A stretch of DNA of 64,000 nucleotides from Macrostomum lignano (Eukaryota), in the NCBI GenBank assembly GCA_002269645.1, contig NIVC01003004.1, positions 62,171-126,170 on the forward strand, in the 5' to 3' direction. The translations under genes and the position numbers were made by a program. This document shows positions 1 through 10,722 of the stretch, in pieces (the first letter of the stretch is position 1; every line of letters begins with the position of its first letter). The notes under the pieces were generated by a model. It did not search any database. It saw only the letters and a list, made by a program, of their open reading frames with translations, and had not been told where the DNA came from.

Positions 1-227
1 TAGCTGGTTGAAACAAACTTTGTTTCTGGTCAATAAAGTTTTAAAAAAAACTAAAACCAGTCACCTATGGGATGGGAAAAAGTATTGTAGTGTCTCAGAT
101 TTTACTGGCGAAGCCCCCCAATACATGTACAAGTGATTGGTCATTCTAGTGCACTACTGCAGTATTATATCCCACCTGTAATAGCTTTTTTCATCGCAGT
201 CTATTTGATCAACTCTGGCTAGATAGA

Positions 228-535
228 TCTGTAACTGTGCATCAGTACTAAATATCTTTGCTAACCAGCTAATCTCCACAGATACTACATGCCGCCCTAG
301 ATGGTTCACTAGATCCTTAGCATGCTTAGCAAAACTACTCTCTACTCAGTAGTATGAGCGTAAAAGCAAAAAAATTTCGCGCGTGTGACCGGAGCAGCCA
401 TGCAGGCCATCAGTTTCTCAATATATTTTTTGTGCCACTGCAGACACAGAGTAGCGAGTCAAATTGACGCATTAAGACCATCCGTGTGAACCATCTAGGG
501 TGTTAGTATCTGTGCTACTTACAGACAGTTACAGG
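228..535. mobile_element. Degenerate inverted-repeat (MITE-like) element
   Basis: ccctagatggttcac (295-309) pairs with gtgaaccatctaggg (486-500); acagatacta pairs with tagtatctgt; ctgtaactgt (~230) pairs with acagttacag (~525). No TSD seen. Confidence 0.4.
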
Positions 536-2429
536 TAAAAAAATTATCATGCATGCTGCCAGCAGTAGTAGCAAAAATATTCGAATCTCAGTGCTATTTC
601 TCAAGCTTTACTTTATAAATTTTATAAAGTGAATATTTAATGCTTGCCATTTTTGTGTTAAAAAAGATTTTAACCAATGTATTATAGAGTTTAAAATCAA
701 TTTACGAGACAGAGAACTCAGCCTACTCAAATTTTCAATTTTGTAGTATTAAAAACAGATGACACTACTTAAATTTTTTTGTGTCGCTGCGGGGTCAACT
801 CACCATCCGCGCGTGTAGAAGCTTTTTATAGCAGATTTTTATGCATGCATAAATTGAACTATTTGTCAAGTCGTTGCAAAACTTTCTGGACTGCTGGGTT
901 TACTGTTGCATCTTTAACTGGATTGAAATTTTAACGCAACAACTCCTCTCACAGCTGCTCTATTGGAAATGCAAAACAGTTCCACATGCTGAACAAAACC
1001 TAAAACAATTTGCCATATAGGCAACTTCCAGTTGGAATAACACGACGAGAAATCCGAACGAATGCTGTGTTGGCGAGGCGAAGGAATATATTACTTACCT
1101 TTCTTCAATAGCTCTATTCACTATTCTATTGAAAAGCTAGGAATTGTTAAAAAACGATTAAAAATGAATGCGTCCAACTGTGTCATTTTTAACGATTTTA
1201 GGCGTAGCGATTTTTTCAGTTTGACTCAGTATGTCAAATCGTTTAGCGGTTTTACCATTCAATAGAGCAGCTGCTAGCCAATTCAGGAATGTTTATGTTG
1301 TTCACGGTTGTAAACACAGTTTAGAAACTTTTGCAGCAGCTATCGTAGATTGTTTATGAAGAAATTGTTTACTTGGAGGGAGTACACATATAGCATATCC
1401 TTTAGTTTTTTTTTCAGTATTGTGTTGCACTGTATGCGCTGTGAGATGTTGTTCTGCATTCATTAATGAAACACATGGCTTTTATTCTGCAACATATTTA
1501 CCACGCGATTTTGTCAGTGGTTCAAAGTTGCCATTTTTCATTAGGAAGTCTATAGCAATTCCAGTCAAGAATTCTCAGCGAGTTGGAGAGCATTTTATTT
1601 GTTTTTGAGCAGATTTTTTTACCTATTCTCAGAAACATTTTTGCCGTTGTGTCCAGTGGCAGTATTATAGAACTTCCAATCAAATAGTTTTTTGTCCGAA
1701 CATACAGAGTGGGTGGCCAGTACGCTTCGTTTTTCAAGTATAGCATTTTAGCTAGATAGTCCGTCTGTGTATCCGTACTTATTTTCTGTTCTAAGTTTAA
1801 GTCGGTTATGTTAATAATTGAGTAAACCAACGGACATTTTTATAAGGTGGTGGAGGTGACTTTGGATAATACAAAAAATAAGCGTATGCATCCCACTTCA
1901 GCAATTAATTACTCGTAAATTAATTCTACCTGATTAATGACTACAACTGTAGCTAAGCGCTCTTGTGTGAGTAAACTCAGCTAGATTACCAATTCTTTTA
2001 CAGTCGATGTTTTGTTGATCCGTTGTGTGCGTAGTTTTCTACGAATTTTTATTAGACACTTGAATTCCACACGATGGATTGGCTATAACCCTTGTTTGTC
2101 CGTCTCGTTTCTCGGAAAATAATTTGCTGTTGTTTTTTTTTTTAAATAACTGTGACAAAGACTAGCATTGCTCTACTGTGTCTACAATTTGTTTTTTTAA
2201 CACACTAGGAAATATAGCGGATAAACTTCTGCAACTTTGTATCACTACGTTTTTGTCGCCGGACTACTCGTCATTCGATATTTCGGTGTTTTAAACAATT
2301 ATCTGAAGTATTTTTATGCTTTGCCCACACCTAAAAGCCTACTGCAATATTGCCTATATGCAGTAAGCTGCAGTACATACATTACAAGCCAATGACAATG
2401 AAATGGAGTGCAAACAGACTGCCGGACCC

Positions 2430-2895
2430 TAATGGCACAGGTCAGACAGTTGGATGAGGCAATGGCTCAGGTTAGAAACACAGTTGGATGATGCAATGGC
2501 ACAGGTGAGAGACACAGTTGGATGATGCAATGAAACAGGTGAGAGACACAGTTGGATGATGCAATGAAACAGGTGAGAGACAGTTGGATGATGCAATGAA
2601 ACAGGTGAGAGACACAGTTGGATGATGCAATGAAACAGGTGAGAGACAGTTGGATGATGCAATGAAACAGGTGAGAGACACAGTTGGATGATGCAATGAA
2701 ACAGGTGAGAGACAGTTGGATGGTGCAATAGCACAGGTGAGAGACAGTTGGATGATGCAATGGAACAGGTGAGAGACACAGTTGGATGATGCAATGGAAC
2801 AGGTGAGAGACACAGTTGGATGAGGCAATAGCACAGGTGAGAGACACAGTTGGATGAGGCAATAGCACAGGTGAGAGACAGTTGGATGATGTAAT
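2430..2895 (+). repeat. 32/34-bp tandem repeat (~14 copies), reverse complement of the PDCL intron-1 satellite
   Basis: Unit ttggatgatgcaatgaaacaggtgagagac(ac)ag read directly from the sequence. Confidence 0.95.
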
Positions 2896-3430
2896 GGTTT
2901 CAATCGCAGACAGCTCTTTTGCGAACAGAGGTATTTGAAAATCAACAAAAAGAGACAATAATAGAGACACCAGATTTTATCAGCGTAAGAGCTGTTTGAC
3001 GTGGAAATACATATAAGCAGCATCATAAATCATTATTTTCAAATAAAAGAATTCAATTATCAAGATACGTGATCAAATGAAGGGCTAACCCCTAGGACTT
3101 TCTAACTGAGGCAAAACACAAAACAATATGAAAATTCTGTTACCAAAATAAATAGCAGAATCAATACATTTAATGGTGTCGAATCATTAAAACAAAATTG
3201 AACATGATCGATATGATAAGAAACTAATTCTTGATTGCGGCCATAATTTTTGCAAACTATCATCATAGTGGAAGTTAAGCTGCATAAGAGAATAAATGAG
3301 GATACAGCAAAGCGATATAAACACATTTTGTGACAACATAAATGAGATAAGCGCTGGTCAATAAGACATGCTCAGGACAACAGACTAGTACATGGACAAC
3401 TAAATGTCTGGAATCTCCCTTCCATTCAGC

Positions 3431-5862
3431 TCAGTCCGAGTCCGAATCGGACGACCTTCCATCCGTAGCAGCGTCGCGAATTTTCCGACCGCCGTTTGTC
3501 GCCACAGCGTCAGACTCGGCCAAACCGGCGTGTCCGGCACCCCTGGCCAGTCGGACAGCCTGTCCGTCCGCCAGCAGCGCCTCCGAGAGGACGCCGAATC
3601 TGTGGGACAGGCACATAGGTTGGCGCTTTAGTTGGCAGTCTCGGATTTATATTCACAATCACTAGAGCCATCATGGCACTGAGCACAGGCTGCAATCACT
3701 CAAGCCTGCATCCAACTCTCTGAGCACAGGCTGCAATCACTCTAGCCTGCATCCAACTCTCTGAGCACAGGCTGCAATCACTCTAGCCTGCATCCAACTC
3801 ACTGAGCACAGGCTGCAATCACTCAAGCCTGCATCCAACTCACTGAGCACAGGCTGCAATCACTCTAGCCTGCATCCAACTCACTGAGCACAGGCTGCAA
3901 TCACTCAAGCCTGCATCCAACTCACTGAGCACAGGCTGCAATCACTCAAGCCTGCATCCAACTCACTGAGCACAGGCTGCAATCACTCAAGCCTGCATCC
4001 AACTCACTGAGCACAGGCTGCAATCACTTAAGCCTGCACCTAACGCACAGAGCACAGGCTGCGATCACTCAAGCCTGCACCTAACGCACAGAGCACAGGC
4101 TGCAATCACTCAAGCCTGCACCTAACGCACAGAGCACAGGCTGCAATCACTCAAGCCTGCACCTAACGCACAGAGCACAGGCTACAACCATAGTGGTGTC
4201 GCAGCATTGAAAAGCAACCAAAAACAAATGCTCAGCGGACTCACTCAGTAAGAAAAGACTCCAATTGGTTCGCAGAGCATTGATCTCCCAGTTCTCTGCC
4301 CAGCGCTACAAAGCTACTGGTGACCTCGCCGGCCTTGTACACAACTAATGCTGGCAGGCCGCGCTCTATAAACCTGCGCGACACCAGAGCCTGAGACGCC
4401 TGGAGGCGGCAGAATTTCACTGTCAGATAGCGGCCAGCGAGTTCGTCCAGTGCGGCATTGACTGCAGCGCAAGCCGGCTCCTCGATGGAATCATAGATGT
4501 GCACCAAGACTTTCACATCTGGCGATTCAGCGTCCACCGCCTGTACAAAACTGCCCCGGTCCAGGTGGACAACTCGGCCAAACAGCTTCCGCTGGGCAAG
4601 AGATTGGCGCATCTCCTCTATGCGCTGGCGACGGTACTGCACTAGAAACTCGTCGTCAATCTGGGGATGAGTCAATTCGAATGACTTGATTAGACTGATT
4701 TAATGCTCTTAAAGCTGGGTTTTCTGTGTCTCTCACCTGTGCTATTGTCTCATCCAACTGTGTCTCTCACCTGTGCTATTGCATCATCCAACTGTGTCTC
4801 TCACCTGTGCCATTGCCTTATCCAACTGTGTCTCTCACCTGTGCTATTGCATCATCCAACTGTGTCTCTCACCTGTGCTATTGCACCATCCAACTGTGTC
4901 TCTAACCTGTGCCATTGCATCATCCAACTGTGTCTCTCACCTGTGCCATTGCCTCATCCAACTGTGTCTCTTACCTGTGCTATTGTCTCATCCAACTGTG
5001 TCTCTCACCTGTGCCATTGTCTCATCCAACTGTGTCTCTTACCTGTGCTATTGTATCATCCAACTGTGTCTCTCACCTGTGCTATTGCATCATCCAACTG
5101 TGTCTCTCACCTGTGCTATTGTCTCATCCAACTGTGTCTCTCACCTGTGCCATTGCCTCATCCAACTGTGTCTCTTACCAGTGCTATTGTCTCATCCCAC
5201 TGTGTCTCTCACCTGTGCTATTGCCTTATCCAACTGTGTCTCTCACCTGTGCCATTGTCTCATCCAACTGTGTCTCTCACCTGTGCTATTGTATCATCCA
5301 ACTGTGTCTCTTACCTGTGCTATTGTATCATCCAACTGTGTCTCTTACCTGTGCTATTGTATCATCCAACTGTGTCTCTCACCTGTGCCATTGCCTTATC
5401 CAACTGTGTCTCTCACCTGTGCTATTGCCTCATCCAACTGTGTCTCTCACCTGTGCTATTGCCTCAGCTAACTGTGTCTCTCACCTGTGTCATCGCCTCC
5501 TCCAATTCAGCGTCCAGCTGCGCCTCTCGCTCATCCTCCGCGGCAGTTCTGCAAGCGGTGGCCGCCGATAGCCTGGCCGCCAGGGCCAGCCGCTCCGCCT
5601 CCTGGTCGGTGCGGGCCTCTGCTTCCAGCTGTTTGAATCGGCGCCAGTCTGCCACAACGCCTTTTGGCCCGGTGTTGGTGGCAGCGCCGCGCCACTCTCG
5701 TGGCTCCTCCAGCTGCTGCTGAGGCTGCTGCTGCTGCACCTTGTGCTCCCTCTCGTCGCCAGCTTCATCGCCACTGTCTCCCTCGTCGTCGCTGCCGCTG
5801 CTGCTACTGCAGTAGTTGTGCACCTTTTCGCCTAGCAACCGATCGTCTAGAGACAAAGCCAT
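3431..5862 (-). CDS. PDCL: Phosducin-like protein 1 (PhLP1), 3 coding exons: 5862-5485, 4660-4245, 3599-3431
   Basis: N-terminus MALSLDDRLLGEKVHNYCSSS; NTGPKGVVADWRRFKQLE; DDEFLVQYRRQRIEEMRQ; thioredoxin-like fold with LPALVVYKAGE; acidic SDSDSD end. All match the PhLP1 family. GT-AG junctions give a continuous frame (MTQ|IDDEF, phase 0; FLTE|FGVL, phase 2). Confidence 0.95.
3679..4190. repeat. 41-bp tandem repeat (~12 copies) filling PDCL intron 2
   Basis: Unit ctgagcacaggctgcaatcactc(a/t)agcctgcatccaactc(a/t); the last four units carry the variant cacctaacgcacagag. Confidence 0.95.
4725..5505 (-). repeat. 34-bp tandem repeat filling PDCL intron 1; unit = last 21 nt of the exon + first 13 nt of the intron
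   Basis: Minus-strand unit TTGGATGAGGCAATAGCACAG GTGAGAGACACAG. Donor sites recur at exact 34-bp spacing from 5483 to 4735 (22 periods). Confidence 0.95.
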
Positions 5863-5968
5863 GGCTAAATATTTAGTCAGTTTTCTGAAACAGAAGCAAA
5901 GATCAAAATGCAAATCAGCATCTTTTTTAATGTGGTGAGAATAAAGACAACTGCTTGAAGTGACACCC

Positions 5969-6435
5969 GGTTGAAGAGAACTAGAAATGTGGAGGCTGAG
6001 GGCGGTGGAACTGCGGACGGAGACACTTCCGGTTGAAGAGAACTAGATTCTGGTGGAGGCTGAGGGCGGTGGAACTGGGGACGGAGACACCGGTTCCGGT
6101 TGAAGAGAACTAGATTCTGGTAGAGGCTGAGGGCGGTGGAACTGGGGACGGAGACACTTCCGGTTGAAGAGAACTAGATTCTGGTGGAGGCTGAGGGCGG
6201 TGGAACTGGGGACGGAGACACCGGTTCCGGTTGAAGAGAACTAGATTCTGGTAGAGGCTGAGGGCGGTGGAACTGGGGACGGAGACACCGGTTCCGGTTG
6301 AAGAGAACTAGATTCTGGTGGAGGCTGAGGGCGGTGGAACTGGGGACGGAGACACTTCCGGTTGAAGAGAACTAGATTCTGGTGGAGGCTGAGGGCGGTG
6401 GAACTGGGGACGGAGACACGGTCAGACACCGGTTC
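5969..6435. repeat. 64/67-bp tandem repeat (~7 copies) upstream of the PDCL start codon
   Basis: ggttgaagagaactagattctggtggaggctgagggcggtggaactggggacggagacac(ttcc|cggttcc) starting at 5969, 6031, 6098, 6162, 6229, 6296 and 6360. Confidence 0.95.
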
Positions 6436-7417
6436 CGGCTGTTAAGACTATCCAGGTAAAAAATGAAGCTATAATCTGAGTTGACAGCAGCAACAGCGCT
6501 GTATTAAAAAAACAGAGAACGCGCCAACATTTATTTATACAGACAAACATACGAGTTGCTAGTCTCTAGTCAGCATGGAGTATTAGCACCTTAGAAACTA
6601 GACTCGTAACATCTCCGAAGAACATAAAGATGGAAATATTCGCTAGGCGTGCACATATGCCACAGTAAATTATTCTTGGGTAAAAATAACAGCTTCGCAA
6701 ACACAACAAACGACATACGAGCAGTTCTTTGTCTCCTAGCTAAGCAATTATCCTTTGTAATCGCTTAAAAGCCATCGTAACTAACTGGTCATATGTAAGT
6801 AGTGAATTTCGGCAAAAATAATCTTGACAGTACAGAATGACACAGCCAGCTCTTTAATTACAGGAGATATGCCTAGCAGATACCGAACAATGTCTTTCTG
6901 TGCTACTGCCAATAGCTAATTACGGGCAACATGGACAAGCAGTGCTAAACATTTTTATTCACGGTCAGATAAAAGCAAGAGATGAACAATACAATAAAAA
7001 TCAAGTTACGGCGCTGGCACAGAAGAGCAATGATGACACAATTTTAAACTCTCTGTACATGCACTGCTGGCAGGGTCTGCCAACTGGACGCGTATAAATA
7101 TTGGCCATTCATACATTATTCCTCTTTTATCGAAACATATACGAAACGATGTACAGTTATATGGCGACTATAAAACCGCAATTCTATGCGCTGGAAATAT
7201 CAGTCAGTAAGCAAGAGAAAAAGGAATAATGTTAATAATAAAATTAGTCAATCAGCTTTGTGAAAGTTCTACAGCTTGATACAAATTAGGGTAAATTTTA
7301 CAGCGAGAATTTTTAACCGCTGATTTAAACTCTGCATTCACTCCCCTATAAGCAGCTCGAGGCATCTAAAGAGACAGCTAAGTGACTAAATACTAGTTTA
7401 AATAAGTGTCTTTCTCA

Positions 7418-7783
7418 GGGGGGGCCGTAGCCCAGCGGTAGCGCAGCCGCTCTGGTGTGCCAGCGACCCAGGCTCGATTCCAAGTGCAGTCACATTAATT
7501 TGGGGCTGAATTAGAATATCGGCTTGGCTCTGCTCGTGCAATTAACGGCCTTGAGAGCCAACCCCCCAAGGCGCAGTGAAGTGTACATGCCTAACGATAA
7601 AATAAAGTTAGGGCCGCTGTACACTCCTGTGTGAGTGTGTGCCTGCGTACGTATCCGCGCGCTTGTATGCCTGCTCAGGGGAGTCGGCGGAATGGGCAGT
7701 AATGCCTCTCGCCGGTTGTGTGCCTATGTCGCTTAAAGTGCGCCAGGGTGCACACAACCCCCCTGCCTCTAATAATAATAAAA
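7418..7783 (+). mobile_element. tRNA-derived SINE with target-site duplication
   Basis: A box tagcccagcgg (7428-7438), B box ggctcgattcc (7471-7481), (aat)n tail, and 14-bp direct repeat aagtgtctttctca at 7404-7417 and 7784-7797. Confidence 0.85.
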
Positions 7784-7890
7784 AAGTGTCTTTCTCAAAG
7801 ACACATTGCTTGTTCCGAGTGGGTCGGGAATCGAAGCCCCGACTTTTCAGTTGCGAGCCCGACACTGTAACCTCGAGGCTACAACCCTAA
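7784..7890 (-). mobile_element. Head of a second tRNA-derived SINE family, interrupted by the SINE at 7418-7783
   Basis: Minus strand: gggttgtagcctcgagg...ggcttcgattccc...ccactcggaaca...tgtgtctttgagaaagacactt. The same family occurs at 45247-45580 and 43461-43660. Confidence 0.7.
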
Positions 7891-8880
7891 CCCTAAATAG
7901 TAAAAATAAACACTTTGAGAGCTGCTGTTTACAAAACTGTTCAGAAATTAAGTCGAGTACGTTTAACGTTTCTCTTATCATAGCTGCTAGCTTAGGTTTG
8001 ATGTTGAGCAGAGAAGCTGATCTAGCAATATTCAACTCATAAATAGTACTTATAACTGCATTTTAAACTATGATGCAGCACTAGCTTGGCTCGGATTGCA
8101 CGGCTAGAATTAAGCATCTATGCACTACATGGTAGAAACATCGATTCGAAAGCCATATTGAAATACAACTGGCTATGCCGGCTATTTAATACAATATTTA
8201 TAAAACTATCCGTCGAAAGCAACGCACAATGCACCAAAAACAGATCAAAGAGTTTTTAAACATGGATAGTGCTACGGAATATACCATCTAGATTAGAAAA
8301 GAAAGCAGGAAAGAACACAAAATAAGGACAATAATCTGGAATAATCAACACAGTTTTAGCACAAAAATGAGAATAATCTACAGTTCTTGCTTCAAGAGAT
8401 TGAAATTTAAATATTCCGTTTAATCCTGTTAGTCAGGCACCATTTATCAACGATATTAAATAATTATTAGCACGAAATAAAACTACCTATTCTATCAATA
8501 ATAGAAAGGGACACTATTAGTATTAGAACGCTCAGCATGAAAACTACAAGCGATACTAAAACACTTTACGTTGACTGTAACATAAGGACAGTAAATTGAC
8601 AAAAAGTTGAACTGTTTATGTTCACAACAGATATCGCCAGAACACTGTTTTATGAAGACACCAAAATATCACACGACAAATTATCGCTAAGTTCCAGGCA
8701 TTTTTTCAATCACTGAATATTTCAAATCAAATATTTATTATTTCGAACTAGTGCTCACTGATAGTACAAAGACTTCTATTATGTATTAATTCTCATTGCT
8801 GCAAACCAATCCACTTTAGAGACGCAATTATGGCCGAACAAATCCTGAAGCGACAGGGACACTGCATCAAAATTGTCAAG

Positions 8881-10722
8881 TCAGGGAGAGTTGGGAGCTG
8901 ACAGTGAGCCAACGCCAGTCACGCTGCAAGGTGAGACAGGCTCGCTAATACCGCCAACTAGACTGCTATTGGCTGGTGAGGCAACGGCCGCGCTAGCAGA
9001 TGCCGCGCCCGATGCTGCAGCAGAAGCGGTAGCCAGCGGAAGAACCTTCCTGGAGAACCAGACAGGCAAGAGGAAGGCGGAAGATTTCAGCCGATCGATC
9101 GAACGCTGGGACACGGAACGGTACTCAGGCAGCTCCAACAGCTGGAGAACCTCGTCCAGCAGAAGGAGGTAGGTGCGCGCACCTGACGACGAGCTGAGAT
9201 GAGCTCGCTCTACAAGATACCGCTTGTCCTCAGCGTCACACAGGTAGCGGTACAGGTGACGGTGCCTATCGTACACACGCTGACAGCCACGGGAGACAAG
9301 GCCCAGGCAGCGGTTCACACAGCTGCCAACTACAAAGCTGGTATCGGGACCAACGCTGGCACGGTCTGAATTGGCACCTGCTAATAAAGAATGAGACTCG
9401 CCGTCCAAGCGGTAGGCACTGAATGGGCTATTGCTATTGCCGAAACTTTCGCCTTGTTGCTGCCCTTGTAACGCTTGGTGAGTTGTTGCAGAATTAGCAA
9501 ATTGTGCTGCCAGATCCTCAGCTACAGCACGATAGAAGCTGGCCTTATGCTGCTGCTGATATTCTGTTTGTTCATCGTCCTGGCATTCGCAGGAGCGGAT
9601 ATTGCTCAGACAGGGCTGCACGTAGCTGTCAAAGTAGCCGGCCAATAGGCTGTCAATGTCAGCACGGATTCGGCGCTGCAGACAGCCGTGTACTAAGCGA
9701 ATGGCCTGCTGACTATCCAGATGAAGCTCGGCGCCAGCTCGTATTAGCAGAGAGTTTGCCAGATTTTTACGCTTTTTCACTGACGTGGAAGCTGGCAGCG
9801 CCGAGGATGAAGAGACACATACGGAAGAGACTCTTGCCTTGTCAACTCGGCCGCTTAAAATACCGTCAGACGTTTTACTGCGCTCAAATTCAACAATACT
9901 GTCGGCAATGTTTCTGCGGCGACTCATTGACAGGCGAAATGCAACCATGCCAGCCGGCCTCATGCTTTTGCAGTCCTCCTGATTTGATGGCGGCAACGGA
10001 GCTGGAAGATTTGGCACAGCGGGATCAAGACTGGGGCCACACTGTACACCGTTGTCAACTGTCTGCGGAGGAGTCAGCGATACTAGGGAGAGCGAAGGGG
10101 GAGGCGTAGACTGAGACTGCTGCTGCCTTGCGTCGTCGATAACTAAAGAAGGTGGAGGGCGAAATCCCCCGCCACTGTTGCCGCCGCTTGCAATAACTGA
10201 AAGTGACGGCAACTGCTGCTGTTGAAGCTGCTGATGCTGCTGTACAACAATCGGCAAACGAGGCTTGGGCTGGTGCACAGTAATTGCACTGCTGACAGGC
10301 TGTAATACCAGATGCTGCTGTTGTTGGATTGACGTTGACTGGTTGCTACTGGAAGATACTGATGGGACAAAATCATGGAAGGGCATGCGGCTGTGAACGC
10401 TGCTATTAACTCCACCAAAAGCGCCATGATGATTTAACTGAAACTGCTGCGGATGTTGCGACTGTAGCTGGTGCTGAAAAGACTGCTGTTGATTATTTAT
10501 CTGCTGCTGCTGTTGAAAGCTTGCAGCAGCAGCCCCCAGCTGGGATGAAGCTGGATAGACAGCAGTCGAGAGGCCAGACTGAATTAGACCAGAAGTCCGG
10601 TTGCTGTTAACCAACAATGAGCTGAGAATAGACTGACTGTTGGCATTGCCAGCGCTGTTGCCACTTCTACTAGGCAGAAGCATAGCGCCATTGACCCGGT
10701 TAAATGTTGGTGGCCCCGACAT
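8881..10722 (-). CDS. DNTTIP1: DNTTIP1/TdIF1 homolog (MiDAC HDAC complex subunit), 613 aa, single coding exon
   Basis: Dimerisation-like segment AIRLVHGCLQRRIRADIDSLLAGYFDSYVQPCLSNIR. C-terminal domain TSFVVGSCVNRCLGL...RVYDRHRHLYRYLCDAEDKRYL...TYLLLLDEV...YR...FLLPVWFSRKV aligns by eye with human TTFVLGSRANKALGM...IYIKHPHLFKYAADPQDKHWL...AYLLIEEDI...FVLPSWMVEKM. Confidence 0.85.
   Translation of the reverse strand: MSGPPTFNRVNGAMLLPSRSGNSAGNANSQSILSSLLVNSNRTSGLIQSGLSTAVYPASSQLGAAAASFQQQQQINNQQQSFQHQLQSQHPQQFQLNHHGAFGGVNSSVHSRMPFHDFVPSVSSSSNQSTSIQQQQHLVLQPVSSAITVHQPKPRLPIVVQQHQQLQQQQLPSLSVIASGGNSGGGFRPPPSLVIDDARQQQSQSTPPPSLSLVSLTPPQTVDNGVQCGPSLDPAVPNLPAPLPPSNQEDCKSMRPAGMVAFRLSMSRRRNIADSIVEFERSKTSDGILSGRVDKARVSSVCVSSSSALPASTSVKKRKNLANSLLIRAGAELHLDSQQAIRLVHGCLQRRIRADIDSLLAGYFDSYVQPCLSNIRSCECQDDEQTEYQQQHKASFYRAVAEDLAAQFANSATTHQALQGQQQGESFGNSNSPFSAYRLDGESHSLLAGANSDRASVGPDTSFVVGSCVNRCLGLVSRGCQRVYDRHRHLYRYLCDAEDKRYLVERAHLSSSSGARTYLLLLDEVLQLLELPEYRSVSQRSIDRLKSSAFLLPVWFSRKVLPLATASAAASGAASASAAVASPANSSLVGGISEPVSPCSVTGVGSLSAPNSP

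Noticed and set aside
3679-4190. CRISPR-like look of the 41-bp and other regular repeats
   Set aside because: Units are contiguous with no unique spacers, no cas genes, and the context is eukaryotic.
2429-5722. Cys/His-rich ORFs (for example 4703-5722, 4773-5471, 2467-2970)
   Set aside because: Translations of the 34-bp satellite, lying in a PDCL intron or antisense to it.
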